From Macrostomum lignano (Eukaryota), in contig NIVC01002499.1 of assembly GCA_002269645.1 (NCBI GenBank), forward strand, positions 1-64,000: a DNA stretch of 64,000 nt, read 5' to 3'. Below the pieces are notes generated by a model. That model was not told the DNA's origin and searched no databases. It was given only the letters and a program-made list of their open reading frames with translations. Positions within the stretch are counted from its first letter, which is position 1. Every line of letters starts with the position of its first letter. Of the stretch, positions 1-12,271 are shown piece after piece. A program made the position numbers and the translations under genes.

Positions 1-275
1 TCGAAGTACTTCTTGAGGTCCTGGTCGCAGAACTCGAACACCATGGTGAGCTTGTGGTCAGAGTGCAGCACGTCCTGCAGGCGGACAACGTTCTTGTGCT
101 TCAGCTCCTTGAGCAGGCAGAGCTCGCGCAGCGCCGAGCTCGGGACGCCCTCGTCGTCCTCGTCCAGGCGGACCCGCTTGAGGGCAACGATCTCGCCCGT
201 CTCCTTATTCTTTGCCTTGAACACCGTGCCGTAGGTGCCTTCGCCGATCTTCTCCAGCTTCTCGAACTTCTGCAT
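1..275 (-). CDS. CDK5: Cyclin-dependent kinase 5, N-terminal part (continues beyond the window start)
   Basis: Manual reverse translation from ATG at 275: [91 protein letters not shown]. It has the GEGTYG loop and the CDK5-diagnostic PSSALRE helix. Absent from the ORF track because no stop lies in the window. Confidence 0.95.
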   Translation of the reverse strand, partial: MQKFEKLEKIGEGTYGTVFKAKNKETGEIVALKRVRLDEDDEGVPSSALRELCLLKELKHKNVVRLQDVLHSDHKLTMVFEFCDQDLKKYF

Positions 276-311
276 CTTGTCGCCGAAGAGGGGCGGGACT
301 GGCTGGCTGGG

Positions 312-321
312 GTCACGTGAC
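312..321. promoter_or_regulatory. Perfect palindromic E-box/CLEAR-type motif GTCACGTGAC upstream of CDK5
   Basis: gtcacgtgac lies about 37 bp upstream of the CDK5 ATG and matches the MiT/TFE-USF consensus. Function is not demonstrated. Confidence 0.35.
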
Positions 322-619
322 TCTGCTTGCGCGCTCTGGAGTCGGGCTGTTGCTGAAAGAGGCCCGGCGGCGTTGAGCACGACTTCTCAGAGAGCTTGCG
401 ATATGAGCAAAATTTAAGCAGAAATAAAGTTCGCGAGGTTTCCCATGATCGATGAAAGTTGCCGCTTTGACTTTTAAAGGCTACTGCATGATCTTTTTCA
501 TAATAGTGCGTTCTTATTTACATTCTAGCCTATGACCATTCACTTCGTAGCGTATGACCACTAAAATTTTTATTGAATAAGTATTCCGTTCTACTGTATG
601 ACCAATATATATTTCTAGT

Positions 620-940
620 CCATGACCATTCCCATTCCAATCTATCACTATTCCACTCTAATCTATGACCACTCTCATTCTAATCTGACCACTTCCATTC
701 TAATCTATGGCCACCCTCATTCCAATCTATGACCACTCTCATTCTAATTTATGACCACTTCCATTCTAATCTATGGCCACTCCCATTATAATCTATGGTC
801 ACTCCCATTATAATCTATGGTCACTCCCATTATAATCAATGGTCACTCCCATTATAATCTATGGTCACTCCCATTATAATCTATGGTCACTCCCATTATA
901 ATCTATGGTCACTCCCATTCTAATCTATGACCCCTCCACT
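620..940. repeat. 22-bp minisatellite (TAATCTATGG/ACCACTCCCATTA-like)
   Basis: Tandem units such as ataatctatggtcactcccatt are visible, decaying leftward. Confidence 0.85.
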
Positions 941-1544
941 GTAGTACATGACCACTTTTATTATAATCTATTGACAAGTTCCACCCCAGGCTGGTCATTC
1001 CTATTATAGCATATGCTAATTCCAAGAGTTCGCCCTATAAATAAACTGGACTAAAAAGATAACGAAATTACGTAAGAATAAATATTCGATGACACATTGC
1101 AAGGCCACAGCAAGCCTTTTGACGCCAGTGGAAAATCGGGCGATAATTAAAAGGCAAATTAAAGTTGAGAGCGCAGCAGTGACCAGCGCCCCCTAAGCAC
1201 AGAAGAGCACAGCTAAGGAAATGTCGTTCGATCGAATTAAATGGAATTTCAGCGCCTGGCGCGATGGCAGAGGGGCACCGGGGGGGGACGCTGATACGGC
1301 AGCACGGCACAGAGCAGAGGTTAACTGAGTGAGCGCTCACTAAATGCACTTAGCAGCTCTATATCAGGCCTGCGCAAAACAGCCGCAGTGATTAACAGAG
1401 CTGTCTACAGTGCAGCAAATACTTTGATGCTGAACACATGTAAATTCACACCACAGTCTATGACTATCTCTATGAATCCAATAAGGATATGTCTGTTTCT
1501 ATATATTTATCTATGACCGCTTTATAAGCCCAAGTCTATGACCA

Positions 1545-1775
1545 TGCCTGCACTGGTGTATGACCATCCCTGCACTTGGGTATGACCATGCCTGCATTGG
1601 GTATGACCATCCCTGCACTGGTGTGTGACCATCCCTGCACTGGTGTATGACCATCCTTGCACTGGAGTATGACCATCTCTGCACTGGAGTATGACAATCC
1701 CTGCACTGGAGTATGACCATCCCTGCACTGGAGTATGACCATCCCTGCACTGGAGTATGACCATCCCTGCACCGG
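1545..1775. repeat. 22-bp minisatellite TGCACTGGAGTATGACCATCCC
   Basis: About 10 tandem copies; they generate spurious repetitive ORFs. Confidence 0.9.
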
Positions 1776-2467
1776 TTTATGACTACACTGAATCGCCGAG
1801 AAAGAATCGCAAGCCGCAGACAGGCGGGTCGGTGAGCTAATTGCTGTATATTTGGCTCCGTAGACAGGTGGAGGGCAGGGGCGGGGGCAGGGACAGGTGG
1901 GCAAAGCGCAGAATAAAGCAAGATGAGGCAACATGGGAGTCTGGCACAGACAATAAAAATAGCATAATCCATAATTAAGTCAGAGATGTACAAGTTGACT
2001 GATTATAAAAGGCAATGATTCAAAGGTAAAAAGCGGAAAAGCAGAGCACAGGATTTGGCATTTGAATCGGTGATTTCTAGAGAGAGAGAGAGAGAGGAAG
2101 ACGCGCTGGTTCCGCCTGGAGACCAGAATTAGCAGCGCAAAATCGCTTTAGCTCGTACCAATATGCGCAGAATTCGCACTGGAAATATGGTTTATACATC
2201 TAGCACGTACCGCAGAAAATTAAATACTTAAAAATTTACTTGAAAGGCATCACAATGAGCTTTAGATGAGAACAGCCTTGCAATTTAAAACCAGCTTCAT
2301 ATAAAAGTGCATTATAATTAGAATACGCAATATAAGCCCGCATGTCAAAGCCAACGTGGGATTTGCAAGTGTGTACAGTTAGAGTGAATTTCATGTAACA
2401 ACAAATAATTGCATTAATCATGTACTATTGAGCCTGCAACACCCCAGCAGCCCTTACCAGTTCCTGC

Positions 2468-3000
2468 GACTGTCACAGCTGACTGGTCACTGCCACTGTC
2501 ACAGCTGACTGGTCACTGCCACTGTCACATCTGACTGGTCACTGCCCACTGTCACAGCTGACTGGTCACTGCCCACTGTCACAACTGACTGGTCACTGCC
2601 ACTGTCACAGCTGACTGGTCACTGCCCACTGTCACAGCTGACTGGTAACTGCCCACTGTCACAGCTGACTGGTAACTGCCCACTGTCACAGCTGACTGGT
2701 CACTGCCCACTGTCACAGCTGACTGGTAACTGCCCACTGTCACAGCTGACTGGTCACTGCCACTGTCACATCTGACTGGTCACTGCCACTGTCACCGCTG
2801 ACTGGTCACATGTGCCCTAGCACCTACACACTCGTTCTTTCCGTACTGGTATCTCACAGCATACTGGTCACAGCTCATATCGTTGTCACTGACTGCCCAC
2901 TGCTCATAACTGACTGCTCACAGTCCCCAGTCTACTGCTCATAACTGACTGCTCACAGTCCCCAGCCTACTGCTCATAACTGACTGCTCACAGCCCCCAG
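2468..3000. repeat. 26-27-bp minisatellite ACTGTCACAGCTGACTGGTCACTGCC(C) plus related units just 3' of EEPD1
   Basis: About 13 copies at 2468-2810, then degenerate ctgctcataactgactgctcacag units at 2885-3000. Confidence 0.85.
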
Positions 3001-3005
3001 CCTGG

Positions 3006-4943
3006 CTACTCAGCATCAGAGTAGAACTCGGCGTACACCGGGCAGTGGTCGCTGACGGGGCCGCCGAAGCTCCAGTTGGCGGGGATGAGCGGGTGAAAAA
3101 GGCCGTTGCGGACCACGGCAGCCTGGCCGGTGAAGAGCCGCTTGCACAGCGGACTGGCCCACAGGTTGTCATAGGAGCGGCTGCCGGCCGGGCACTCGCG
3201 GCTGATGTTGGTTGGCTCGTCAGCGGCCAGCAGACCGGAGTAACCCATCAGGCGGAGCGGCTCGAAAGCGGCGTGGTCGGGCGCCAGGTTGAAGTCGCCG
3301 AGAAGCAGGCAGCGGGCGTCGGAGCCGGCGACGGAGGCGAGGGCGTCGGCGAGGTCGGGCAGGAAGTCGGCCTCGGACTCGGTGCGAGCGGTGCCGGCGG
3401 AGTCGCCGCCAAGCGTCGTCGCCTTCAAATGCAGGCTGGCAGCCAGGAGGCGGCAGCCGCCGATGGACAGCTGCGCAACAAACGGACTGCGCGTGAATGC
3501 GCGACCGCCAGCGCCGGGCTTCTCCAGCGGGGCGGCCTGGCGGAACCGCAGCTGCGGGCCGGCGCGCCAGAGAAATCCGCCGAATTCGGCAGCCTGGAAG
3601 GCCCGGCCGACGGGCGCCTCGGAGACGCAGGCGGTCCAGTGGCCGCGGTCGCCGCCGCGCCAGCGCAACACAGCGGGGAGGCTGGGCTGGTTGAGCTCGT
3701 CGCAGATGCGCTGCAGAGCGGCCGGCTCCGTGAGCTCCTGTACAGCCAGCACTGAGATGGCGTTCTCCAGCAGGGTGCAGCAGATCACCTGGCGGGAAGG
3801 TCAGGACAGTATAAGACTTTTGTAAAATTTTCTTTTATTTGGACAAATTGGCAGCCCCACAAACCTCCATAACGCCCGGGTTGGAGGCCTTCTCCAGATT
3901 GAGCCGGTTGAGATTCCAGGCGGCGATCCGCACGGTAGGCCGCCCGGCCAGCAGGCCGTCGAAGGCGGCGCAGGTCGGCGGCCGCGCGTACGGCCGATCG
4001 AAGATGCGGCACTCGGCCAGCAGGCAGAGCTGCGACTCGCTGAACCGCCCGATGCCGCCAGCGGGCAGGTCGCTGGCCGGCTCCTCCTCGGGGCGTCCAG
4101 GCAGAGGCGGCCACGAAGGCCGGCCAGGAGGCCCCAGCCAACGCCGTGGAGGGCGGCGACCTCGTCAAGGGAGCGAAAGCCGCCGCGCCGCTGCCGCTCG
4201 CCGATGATGGACTCGGCGGTGGACTGGGAGACTCCCGGCAGGCGCATCAGCTGGAACAGGTTCGCCGAGTTCAGCGCAAGCGGCTTTGCGCCGCCGTTTG
4301 CTGAGGTTGGCGACGCAGCGGACTGAGGAGAGGGCGAGCCGGCGCGGACGCAGACCTCCGGGCGCAGCAGTCGCAGCTTGTCGCCGCCGATGCCGGGCAC
4401 CAGCGCCAGGTCCTCGACGCGGCGAAAGGCGCCAATTTGGCGTCGATAGGCCACGATGTTGCCGGCGGTGGTCCGGTTGACCCCGGGCAGGGTCATAAAC
4501 TGCTCCTCGCTGGCCGAGTTCAGCTCAAGCAGCTCGAACTTCGGCAGCCGCTGCCGCTGAGGATCGTCAGGGTCGTCCGGGCTGGAGATCTGCGAGAAGG
4601 CGGCGCTGAGGTTGCGCCGGTGCGACTTGCCGGACTTGCCGCCGAAGGATTCCCGCAGAGACCAGCGACTTGGCCGGGCGGGCAGCGACTCTGTCGGTTG
4701 CGACGGCGGCGGCTGCTGAAGGTCGCCGAAGACGGCAGATGCGTCGGACTCGGCAGCGGCTGGAGCAGCTTCGCCCGCGTCAACACGAAGTGGAGTGCCG
4801 GGGGTCTTGGCCGCGGCTCCATTTTTGCACTGCAGGGAGGACGGCGGCAGCGGTCGGGGCGGCCGGCGCCAATGCAGGTGATTCTCCGGCGTGTCGGACG
4901 GGTGCCGGCAGCGGCCGATGCACAGGCTGTTCACGCCGCCCAT
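3006..4943 (-). CDS. EEPD1: Endonuclease/exonuclease/phosphatase family domain-containing protein 1 (2 HhH motifs + EEP domain); apparent 1-nt frameshift near 4090
   Basis: Exon 1 4943-3865, intron 3864-3789 (GT..AG), exon 2 3788-3006. N-terminus MGGVNSLC. Two ComEA-like HhH blocks (LNSASEEQFMTLPGV..AGNIVAYRRQIGAFRRVEDL; LNSANLFQLMRLPGVSQSTAESII). EEP motifs RIAAWNL..NPGVME|VICCTLLEN..AVQEL, HLKA, GDFNL, YDNLW, SDHCPV. The EEP frame differs from the HhH frame. Confidence 0.85.
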
Positions 4944-6191
4944 GGCTGCGGGCTACCGCTGGCTGGGATTCGAGTGGCTGGCCCGGGAGCAGCCCTGCAA
5001 CAGAGGCACCAGCAGAGTGGCGGCGGCTACTGGCACTGGCTGGAATCGAAGCAGCGCATACAGGCGTTAGAATCATGAAATACGTTCAATATAGCGCAGG
5101 AAAGGGGCGGGGGTTGGCGGGCGAAGCAGATAGGCGGTGGGCAGACAGGCAATAAGACGGGCGGCTCGCCACTTCGCCTGGCTGGAGGGACACGGGGAGG
5201 AGGAATGCCCGGGTGGGAGGGGGTTGCTCGCAGTTTTGTTGCAGATATCGCAGCCTGTCAGCTATTGGAATACCCGATCTGCACTGGCTGGGCCGGACAG
5301 TCGCCATTCTTCCTCAAGCGCCGTCTTCCCCATACTTTTATTACACTGGCGCCGTCTGTCTGCAAGCGTGCAGTCTGAGTGCCAGCTCTGCTCAGCATTT
5401 CCCCATTAGGTGAAAGCAAAACACCGAGCTGGAGAAGACAAGGGGAAGGCTGGGGGGGGGGCTATCAGGCAAAATATTAGCCTATGCCGCCCGAACTAAA
5501 CAAAAACAGTCCCTATTGACATCACATTGCACTGGCATTAAGGCGGCACACTATTTTATTTACCACGCGCTTATTAGCGAACTGGCGTCACAGAGCAGCG
5601 CAGCCTGGCACAGGGAGGCCGCTGCTATCTGGGACGGAGGGACTGCCGCACTCTGGGGTGCGCGCGCAGCTTGGGGCGAACTTTGACCGCGGAGGGGGGG
5701 GGGCAGGGGCAGTTATCAGCACGGCCGCAGGCGCGCCTTGCAGTCGTGTAAGCCAGCGATATCAGAGCCAGCGCATCAGCCAGCGGTCAACTGAACTAAC
5801 TTGAGAGCCTACAGTTGCACCGGAGAAACTCGAAAAAGGACTGCCAAAACATTTGGAAACACTTGGAACGCTATTCAAAACCCAATAAGTTGTCTATAGG
5901 AATGAAATAGGACATTATAAATAATACTAGCTCATATTAAAGTCACAGAAAAAAATTGCTGGCCTATCATTTATAAATTAACTGTTCTGAATATACTACT
6001 CTTTCTTTAGAGCATAAGTAGCACATCAGAGATTTTCAAATCATGCAATGAAGCTCATTTTAATATTCCCCAGAAAAAATGCATAATCTGATTTGATAAA
6101 TAATTTCTGCATCTTAAATTAAACTAACTTATAACTTATCTGGCTTATAAGATTAACAAAAACATGTATTATCTGTCCACATAGAAAAAAC

Positions 6192-6625
6192 ATGAGTATG
6201 AGTTGGGCACAGATAAGGAGGGGTAGAGTATGAGTTGGGCATAGACAAGGAAGGGTAGAGTATAAGTTGGGCACAGATAAGGAAGGGAAGAGTATGAGTT
6301 GGGAACAGATAAGGAGGGGTAGAGTATGAGTTGGGCACAGATAAGGAGGGGTAGAGTATGAGTTGGGCATAGACAAGGAAGGGTAGAGTATAAGTTGGGC
6401 ACAGATAAGGAAGGGAAGAGTATGAGTTGGGAACAGATAAGGAGGGGTAGAGTATGAGTTGGGAACAGATAAGGAAGGGAAGAGTATGAGTTGGGAACAG
6501 ATAAGGAGGGGTAGAGTATGAGTTGGGCACAGATAAGGAAGGGAAGAGTATGAGTTAGGAACAGATAAGGAGGGGTAGAGTATGAGTTGGCATGGATAAG
6601 GAAGGGAAGAGTATGAGTTTGGCAT
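6192..6625. repeat. 32-bp minisatellite GAGTATGAGTTGGG(C/A)ACAGATAAGGA(G/A)GGG(T/A)A
   Basis: About 13 copies; a four-unit (128-bp) block is itself duplicated. Confidence 0.9.
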
Positions 6626-7889
6626 AGAAAAGGATAGGTAGAATATATTATTATTGAAAGAGATAAGCTAAAAAGCCAATAAGAATTAAGCAAGAAGGAG
6701 AAAGAGATATAAGAAGAACCAGATTAATCTATATTTAGAGAAAAGTAAATAAAAATATGATAGCAGATGAAGAGATTAATCAAATGACAAAGTCCGAACA
6801 CTATATGATGAATTTCTTAAAGGACTTTGGCTTATACAATATTCTAAATAGAAGTCTATATAGCTATTTGACTGTCTATTTCCTTGCTATTTTGATTTCT
6901 AGGTCTAACTTAAAACTTTATTGGCTATTAACTAAGTCATCTATACTATTTCTTGATTGAATATACATAATAATAATATATGTATTATATTCCTATTATG
7001 TTTATACAAAAACACAAAACTATTATACAATATTTTGTTTGCCATTGAATACCCAAAAAATTTGCCCCTCCTGGAAATCTCTAAAGAGCTTTCATGTACC
7101 TAATACAAATTTGCAATATACTCATATTATTACCTTAAATGATATTATCTTATTATAAAAATAAGCTTTATAATAAATAATATATAATGGCTATAAAAGT
7201 GCTTAACGCTCTATATATAAAATTGCATAAACCAATTCTAAACAAGCAACTTGCCAATCATGGTGCCAGTGCCTTTCTTAGAGTAATCTAGGTGTACACT
7301 TGTGCATATATATATGCAAATCTCTCTATCTTCATTGCAATTCTATGAGTGCTCTGCTGGAGTGTGCAGTCTACTGTTAATTTTTATATATTTTCTGACT
7401 TTCATCAACCTATTTTTGTCTAAATTGCTAAATATAAATAAATAAACATATAAATCATAACTAAATTTTAAGAGCCTGACAATGCCTCACACAAGGCAAA
7501 ACATGTTGCATAACAAAAAATAATAATGCTCATGTTTTTAATTTTTTACTTATTTTGTTAAGAATATTTTCTACATTTCCAAAAATTATCAATATAATAT
7601 ATATAAAAAATCAAACTGCTATATTGTTTTGTTTTTATGCAGATTATTTTGAATTTATAGGTTATACTGGAATATTTAAACACATAAATATAGAGAATCC
7701 TATTCATGAAATACCCAATGAGAAAAGCATAGAAAAACATTCAATAAATTTGAAAAATACAAATATGAAAGATTGCAGTTCTATAATAATAACCAAACAA
7801 AATTGAATAAAACAACATTTTACCATTATAGCAAACCTCTTAAATTTTAGAATGCTGGTAGAGTTGCTCGCTTGGCGAGAAGAATAAAT

Positions 7890-10573
7890 AGAAAGCTTAA
7901 TATCAACATTTGAATATGATTGCAATTTCTAACAACTTCAACGCGTTTCGCACGCCATGGTGCATTGTCAGGATTTTATTAGAACGATTTGAGAAATTGA
8001 GAGTGAAAGCGATTGATTAAATATTGGTTTTTGCAACGTACACTGGTAAGTAGGGTAAGATTGAAAACAATTGATTACAACTTGGCTTTAACAACATACA
8101 TAGGTATAGTAGGTAGGAGAGAGAATTATAGATTGAGATTGAAAGTTAAACCAAATGTACACAATTCTTGTCCAGTGGTCAAAAGGCAGAATCAGGGGCG
8201 GTAGCTAGCTTAGGTAATTGAACGTCAAGCTAAGTGTACACAGCGTGCACGACTGTGTCACTCACTGTTCAGAAAACGCGGAGAACGTGACCTGCACCAC
8301 TATGTTGTAATTGTGTGTTGAGATTCGAGGTCTGAGCTTTTATGTGCAGGGCCTCGAGAATTCTAAGTTTGGCGTCAGTATGGCTTTGGTCAATGATTTT
8401 AAAGTGTTCTTCTGGTTTGCAGTCATTGCAGTTAGTGCATTCAAGGAGGTGAGTTTGTATAGCAGATGGTTTGAGCCAGTGTTCCCTGATCCTCGTGTGT
8501 AGGTGTCTTTTGGTTTTCCCCACGTAGGAGACACTCTGGTCCACAGAGCAGTTAAATTGGTAGACAACACCTGCACGCAGAGTACAAGGAACACGCGACT
8601 TTAATCTGCTAACAAAGTTCCCAATCTTGTTCGTGTGGAAGATGACCCGGATGTTACGATTGAAAGAGGCAAAGAATAACCTACGCATTCTGTTCTTAAA
8701 GGCTAGAGATGGAGGTCTGAGGAAGGGGAGACGCAGAATGGGTTCAAATTCTTCAGTGGTAACAGATTGCTCAGGTTTTTGTTTGGTGATTTTGTCCGAG
8801 ATGAACTTGTTGATGATTTTTTTTTAGTTCGTACTGCCGAATATGAAGTTGCCAAGTACCTGGATTCTCTTATCAAGCCCTGCATTCCTTCCAATTTCAT
8901 GTCCAAATCCAACAAAGACTTCCTCAATGACCTTCAAAAGTTCAACCCTATGCTCAACAGATTCGACTCCGACAGATGTAGTTTTGATGTTGTTTCTCTC
9001 TTCACCAACATCCCCCTTGATCTGGCCATTGACTATGCCACTGAGTTGGTGTACAACACGAACCCTCCCACCATGGCCAAGTTGTCCTTTAGAAAACTCC
9101 TGGGCTTTGCTACCTCTGGAATCTTTATGTTTGACAATAAATACTATAGGCAAGTTGATGGCTGTGCCATGGGAAGCCCCTTGGCCCCCACTCTGGCGAA
9201 CGTCTGCTTGGCCCATTGGGAAACCGAAAACTGGATGTCTCTCAACTGTGCCCCCAAATTCTACAGGCGCTACGTCGACGATACATTTGCCATCTTTGAT
9301 CAGGAGCAAAAAATTAAACAGTTCCTCCATGCTCTCAACTCCACTCATAAGAACATAAAATTCACGGTTGAACATGCTGTTGACCAAAGACTCCTCTTCC
9401 TGGACATTGACATTGACTAAAGTAAGGAAACCCTCTCCACAAAAGTCTTCCATAAGAAAAGCTTTACCAATCTCATTCTCAACTTCCAAGCCACTTGCCC
9501 CAGACAATGGAAAACTGGGCTCATGAGGTGTTTGCTCCATAGAGCTTTCACTACCTGAAACACCTGGATCAACTTTGACCGGGAGGTGCAGTTCCTCACC
9601 AGACTGTTCCAACAAAATGACTACCCCGTTTGTCTGGTCCAAAAAATCATCAACAAGTTCATCTTGGACAAAATCACCAAACAAAAACCTGAGCAATCTG
9701 TTACCACTGAAGAATTTGAACCCATTCCGCGTCTCCCCTTCCTCAGACCTCCATCTCTAGCTTTTAAGAACAGAATGCGTAGGTTATTCTTTGCCTCTTT
9801 CAATCGTAACATCCGGGTCATCTTCCATACGAACAAGATTGGGAACTTTGTTAGCAGATTAAAGTCGCATGTTCTTTGTACTCTGCGTGCAGGTGTTGTC
9901 TACCAATTTAACTGCTCTGTGGACCAGAGCGTCTCCTACATGGGGAAAACCAAAAGACACCTACACACGAGGATCAGGGAACACTGGCTCAAACCATCTG
10001 CTATACAAACTCACCTCCTTGAATGCACTAACTGCAATGACTGCAAACCAGAAGAACACTTTAAAATCATTGACCAAAGCCATACTGACGCCAAACTTAG
10101 AATTCTCGAGGCCCTGCACATAAAAGCTCAGACCTCGAATCTCAACACACAATTACAACATAGTGGTGCAGGTCACGTTCTCCGCGTTTTCTGAACAGTG
10201 AGTGACACAGTCGTGCACGCTGTGTACACTTAGCTTGACGTTCAATTACCTAAGCTAGCTACCGCCCCTGATTCTGCCTTTTGACCACTGGACAAGAATT
10301 GTGTACATTTGGTTTAACTTTCAATCTCAATCTATAATTCTCTCTCCTACCTACTATACCTATGTATGTTGTTAAAGCCAAGTTGTAATCAATTGTTTTC
10401 AATCTTACCCTACTTACCTGTGTACGTTGCAAAAACCAATATTTAATCAATCGCTTTCACTCTCAATTTCTCAAATCGTTCTAATAAAATCCTGACGATG
10501 CACCATGGCATGCAAAACGCGTTGAAGTTGTTAGAAATTGCAATCATATTCAAATGTTGATATTAAGCTTTCT
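7890..10573 (+). mobile_element. Penelope-like retroelement (RT + GIY-YIG), 5'-truncated, with its 3' 933 bp duplicated in inverted orientation
   Basis: RT motifs SFDVVSLFTNIP, GCAMGSPLAPTLANV, RRYVDDTF, LFLD. GIY-YIG: GVVYQFNC..SY(V/M)GKTKRHLHTRIREH..ILEALHI..NLN. One frame from about 8826 to 10194 with in-frame stops at 9418 and 9556. 7890-8822 is the reverse complement of 9641-10573. Confidence 0.92.
10481..10534 (+). ncRNA. Degenerate minimal type I hammerhead ribozyme in the PLE 3' region (mirror copy 7929-7982, minus strand)
   Basis: ctaataaaatc-CTGACGA-t-gcac-catggc-(g/a)tgc-(G/A)AAAC-GC-GTT-gaagttgttag. Stem I pairs 10481-91 with 10524-34 around a 2x2 internal loop; stem III is the palindrome ACGCGT. 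Confidence 0.75.
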
Positions 10574-11542
10574 TAAATTTTAGTTTTTATATCACTTAAG
10601 ATTGGCAAGATAATTTTATATAAAACCACAATGGCTGTAACCAAAAGGGTCTTTTTATTATAACCAAAACAACAATCACCAAAACATCTTATCAGAAAAA
10701 TGATTATAATCTAGAGAAATATATTAAAAAGGCAAGTCCTAAAAAAGTTAAAAAATGAAGGCTTAAAAATGTTTGCTTTAAATAATCCTATTAAAATCCA
10801 TAGTTTGGAAGGCAACATTTATGTCAAGATTTCCTGGCATACAACTTACAAGGGTATTTGCCATTTTTAGCATACATTAGCATAAATCCCAGCACACATA
10901 ACATAGGGGGAAATTTTTGGCTTGCATCTATGGTATGTTTGCATATATGTTAGGATCAATTGAAGTAACTTTGTCTTTATGTAAAATACTCTGTAGGCCT
11001 ATGCAATACCATCAATATAGAACATGCCATAGTCCAGAAGGTGGCCTTTATGCCAAAAAATTCTAGTATATTTTTGCTTTCGCTAACAATCTTGGATAAC
11101 ATTTGGCATATAGAATTTTTAGGTTCAACATGAAGTATATACAGTTGGGGCCTTGCCATGTCAAGGCTAATGTAATTGTGTAGTTAATAGGCCTATCAAC
11201 CAGTTAAAGCTCTTTTAAAAATGATTCGAAACTAAAAAAATATTTATAAAATTTAATAAATACATTAGCATAAATTTTAAAAAAGATGAATTTTGATTCT
11301 GGCATATACCTGCCATGATCTAAACTATGGAGAACATGGAGTAATGAAAAAAATTAAACTTTATACTCAGAAGCTTATTTTTTTCCTTATTTTTAGCAAA
11401 GAAAAATTATTTAAAATACCTCTTTTTATAATTGTCTTTTTTCAATACACTTGCAAAAGCACTATATTTTTAAGTTTGTTACTCTATACAAATACAAGGA
11501 CCATTGGACCATAGCATTGATATCCACTTATATACTTTGTAT

Positions 11543-12271
11543 GAATCCAGTCCATTTCAGTGACAAACCATTTTGGCAAAACCTATTTCGGCGACAGGTC
11601 AATTTGGCAACAACCATTTTGGCGACAATTCTTAAATAGGATTTTGAATGTACTATGTATTTTTATCTCAAAGCAACAAAAAATTTCAGAACTTACACAA
11701 ATTTACAACCTTTGTTTAAATGTTGTTAAAACAAGTTATACATTAAATTTTACAAGCTTTGTTAAAATTATGTTAAAACAATTTTTAAATGTAAAAATTA
11801 ATCAATGCGTTGACAGTATTAAACCTGGACACTGATGGACGCTTGGACACCAAAAGTATGGTAAAACAAATGAATTACAATAAGAAATTAATGTTCTTAA
11901 GAAAACATGAGAAAAAAAGCTTTAAAGAGGACTTTAAACATTAGTCCATTTGAATTACAATTCTTGTACGATGTTTACTCTTCCACGGGGGCATTCATGC
12001 CATTGCATGCAAGCAGCAATGCCTCAAGAGTTATGGTGCCAGCTTTGTACTCCACCCAGAGGTGGAAGAAAGGCTTCCTGCCTTGCACGTACTGCTGGCC
12101 TCGTTTCCCGAATGGGGGGGGGTCATGTCAGCTGGGGGGTTCACTGTTCACTGTACCATGGATACTTGTAATTTTTCTATCATATTTGTGGCCAAAATGG
12201 TTGTTACCGAATTGACCTGTCGCCAAAATGGGTGTTGCCAAAATGGTTTGTCGCTGAAATGGACAGGTACC
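11543..12271. mobile_element. Non-autonomous DNA transposon (MITE) with modular ~80-bp TIRs and 8-bp TSD; Merlin- or MULE-like
   Basis: CTTTGTAT at 11535-11542 and 12272-12279. Ends GAATCCAGTCCATTTC.. / ..GAAATGGACAGGTACC. TIRs are built from ~15-bp ccatttt/cggcgaca modules. No transposase. Confidence 0.75.

Noticed and set aside
13-417. Plus-strand ORFs over CDK5, and similar antisense ORFs over EEPD1, GCP2 and the helicase
   Set aside because: Shadow ORFs of GC-rich coding sequence on the opposite strand or frame.
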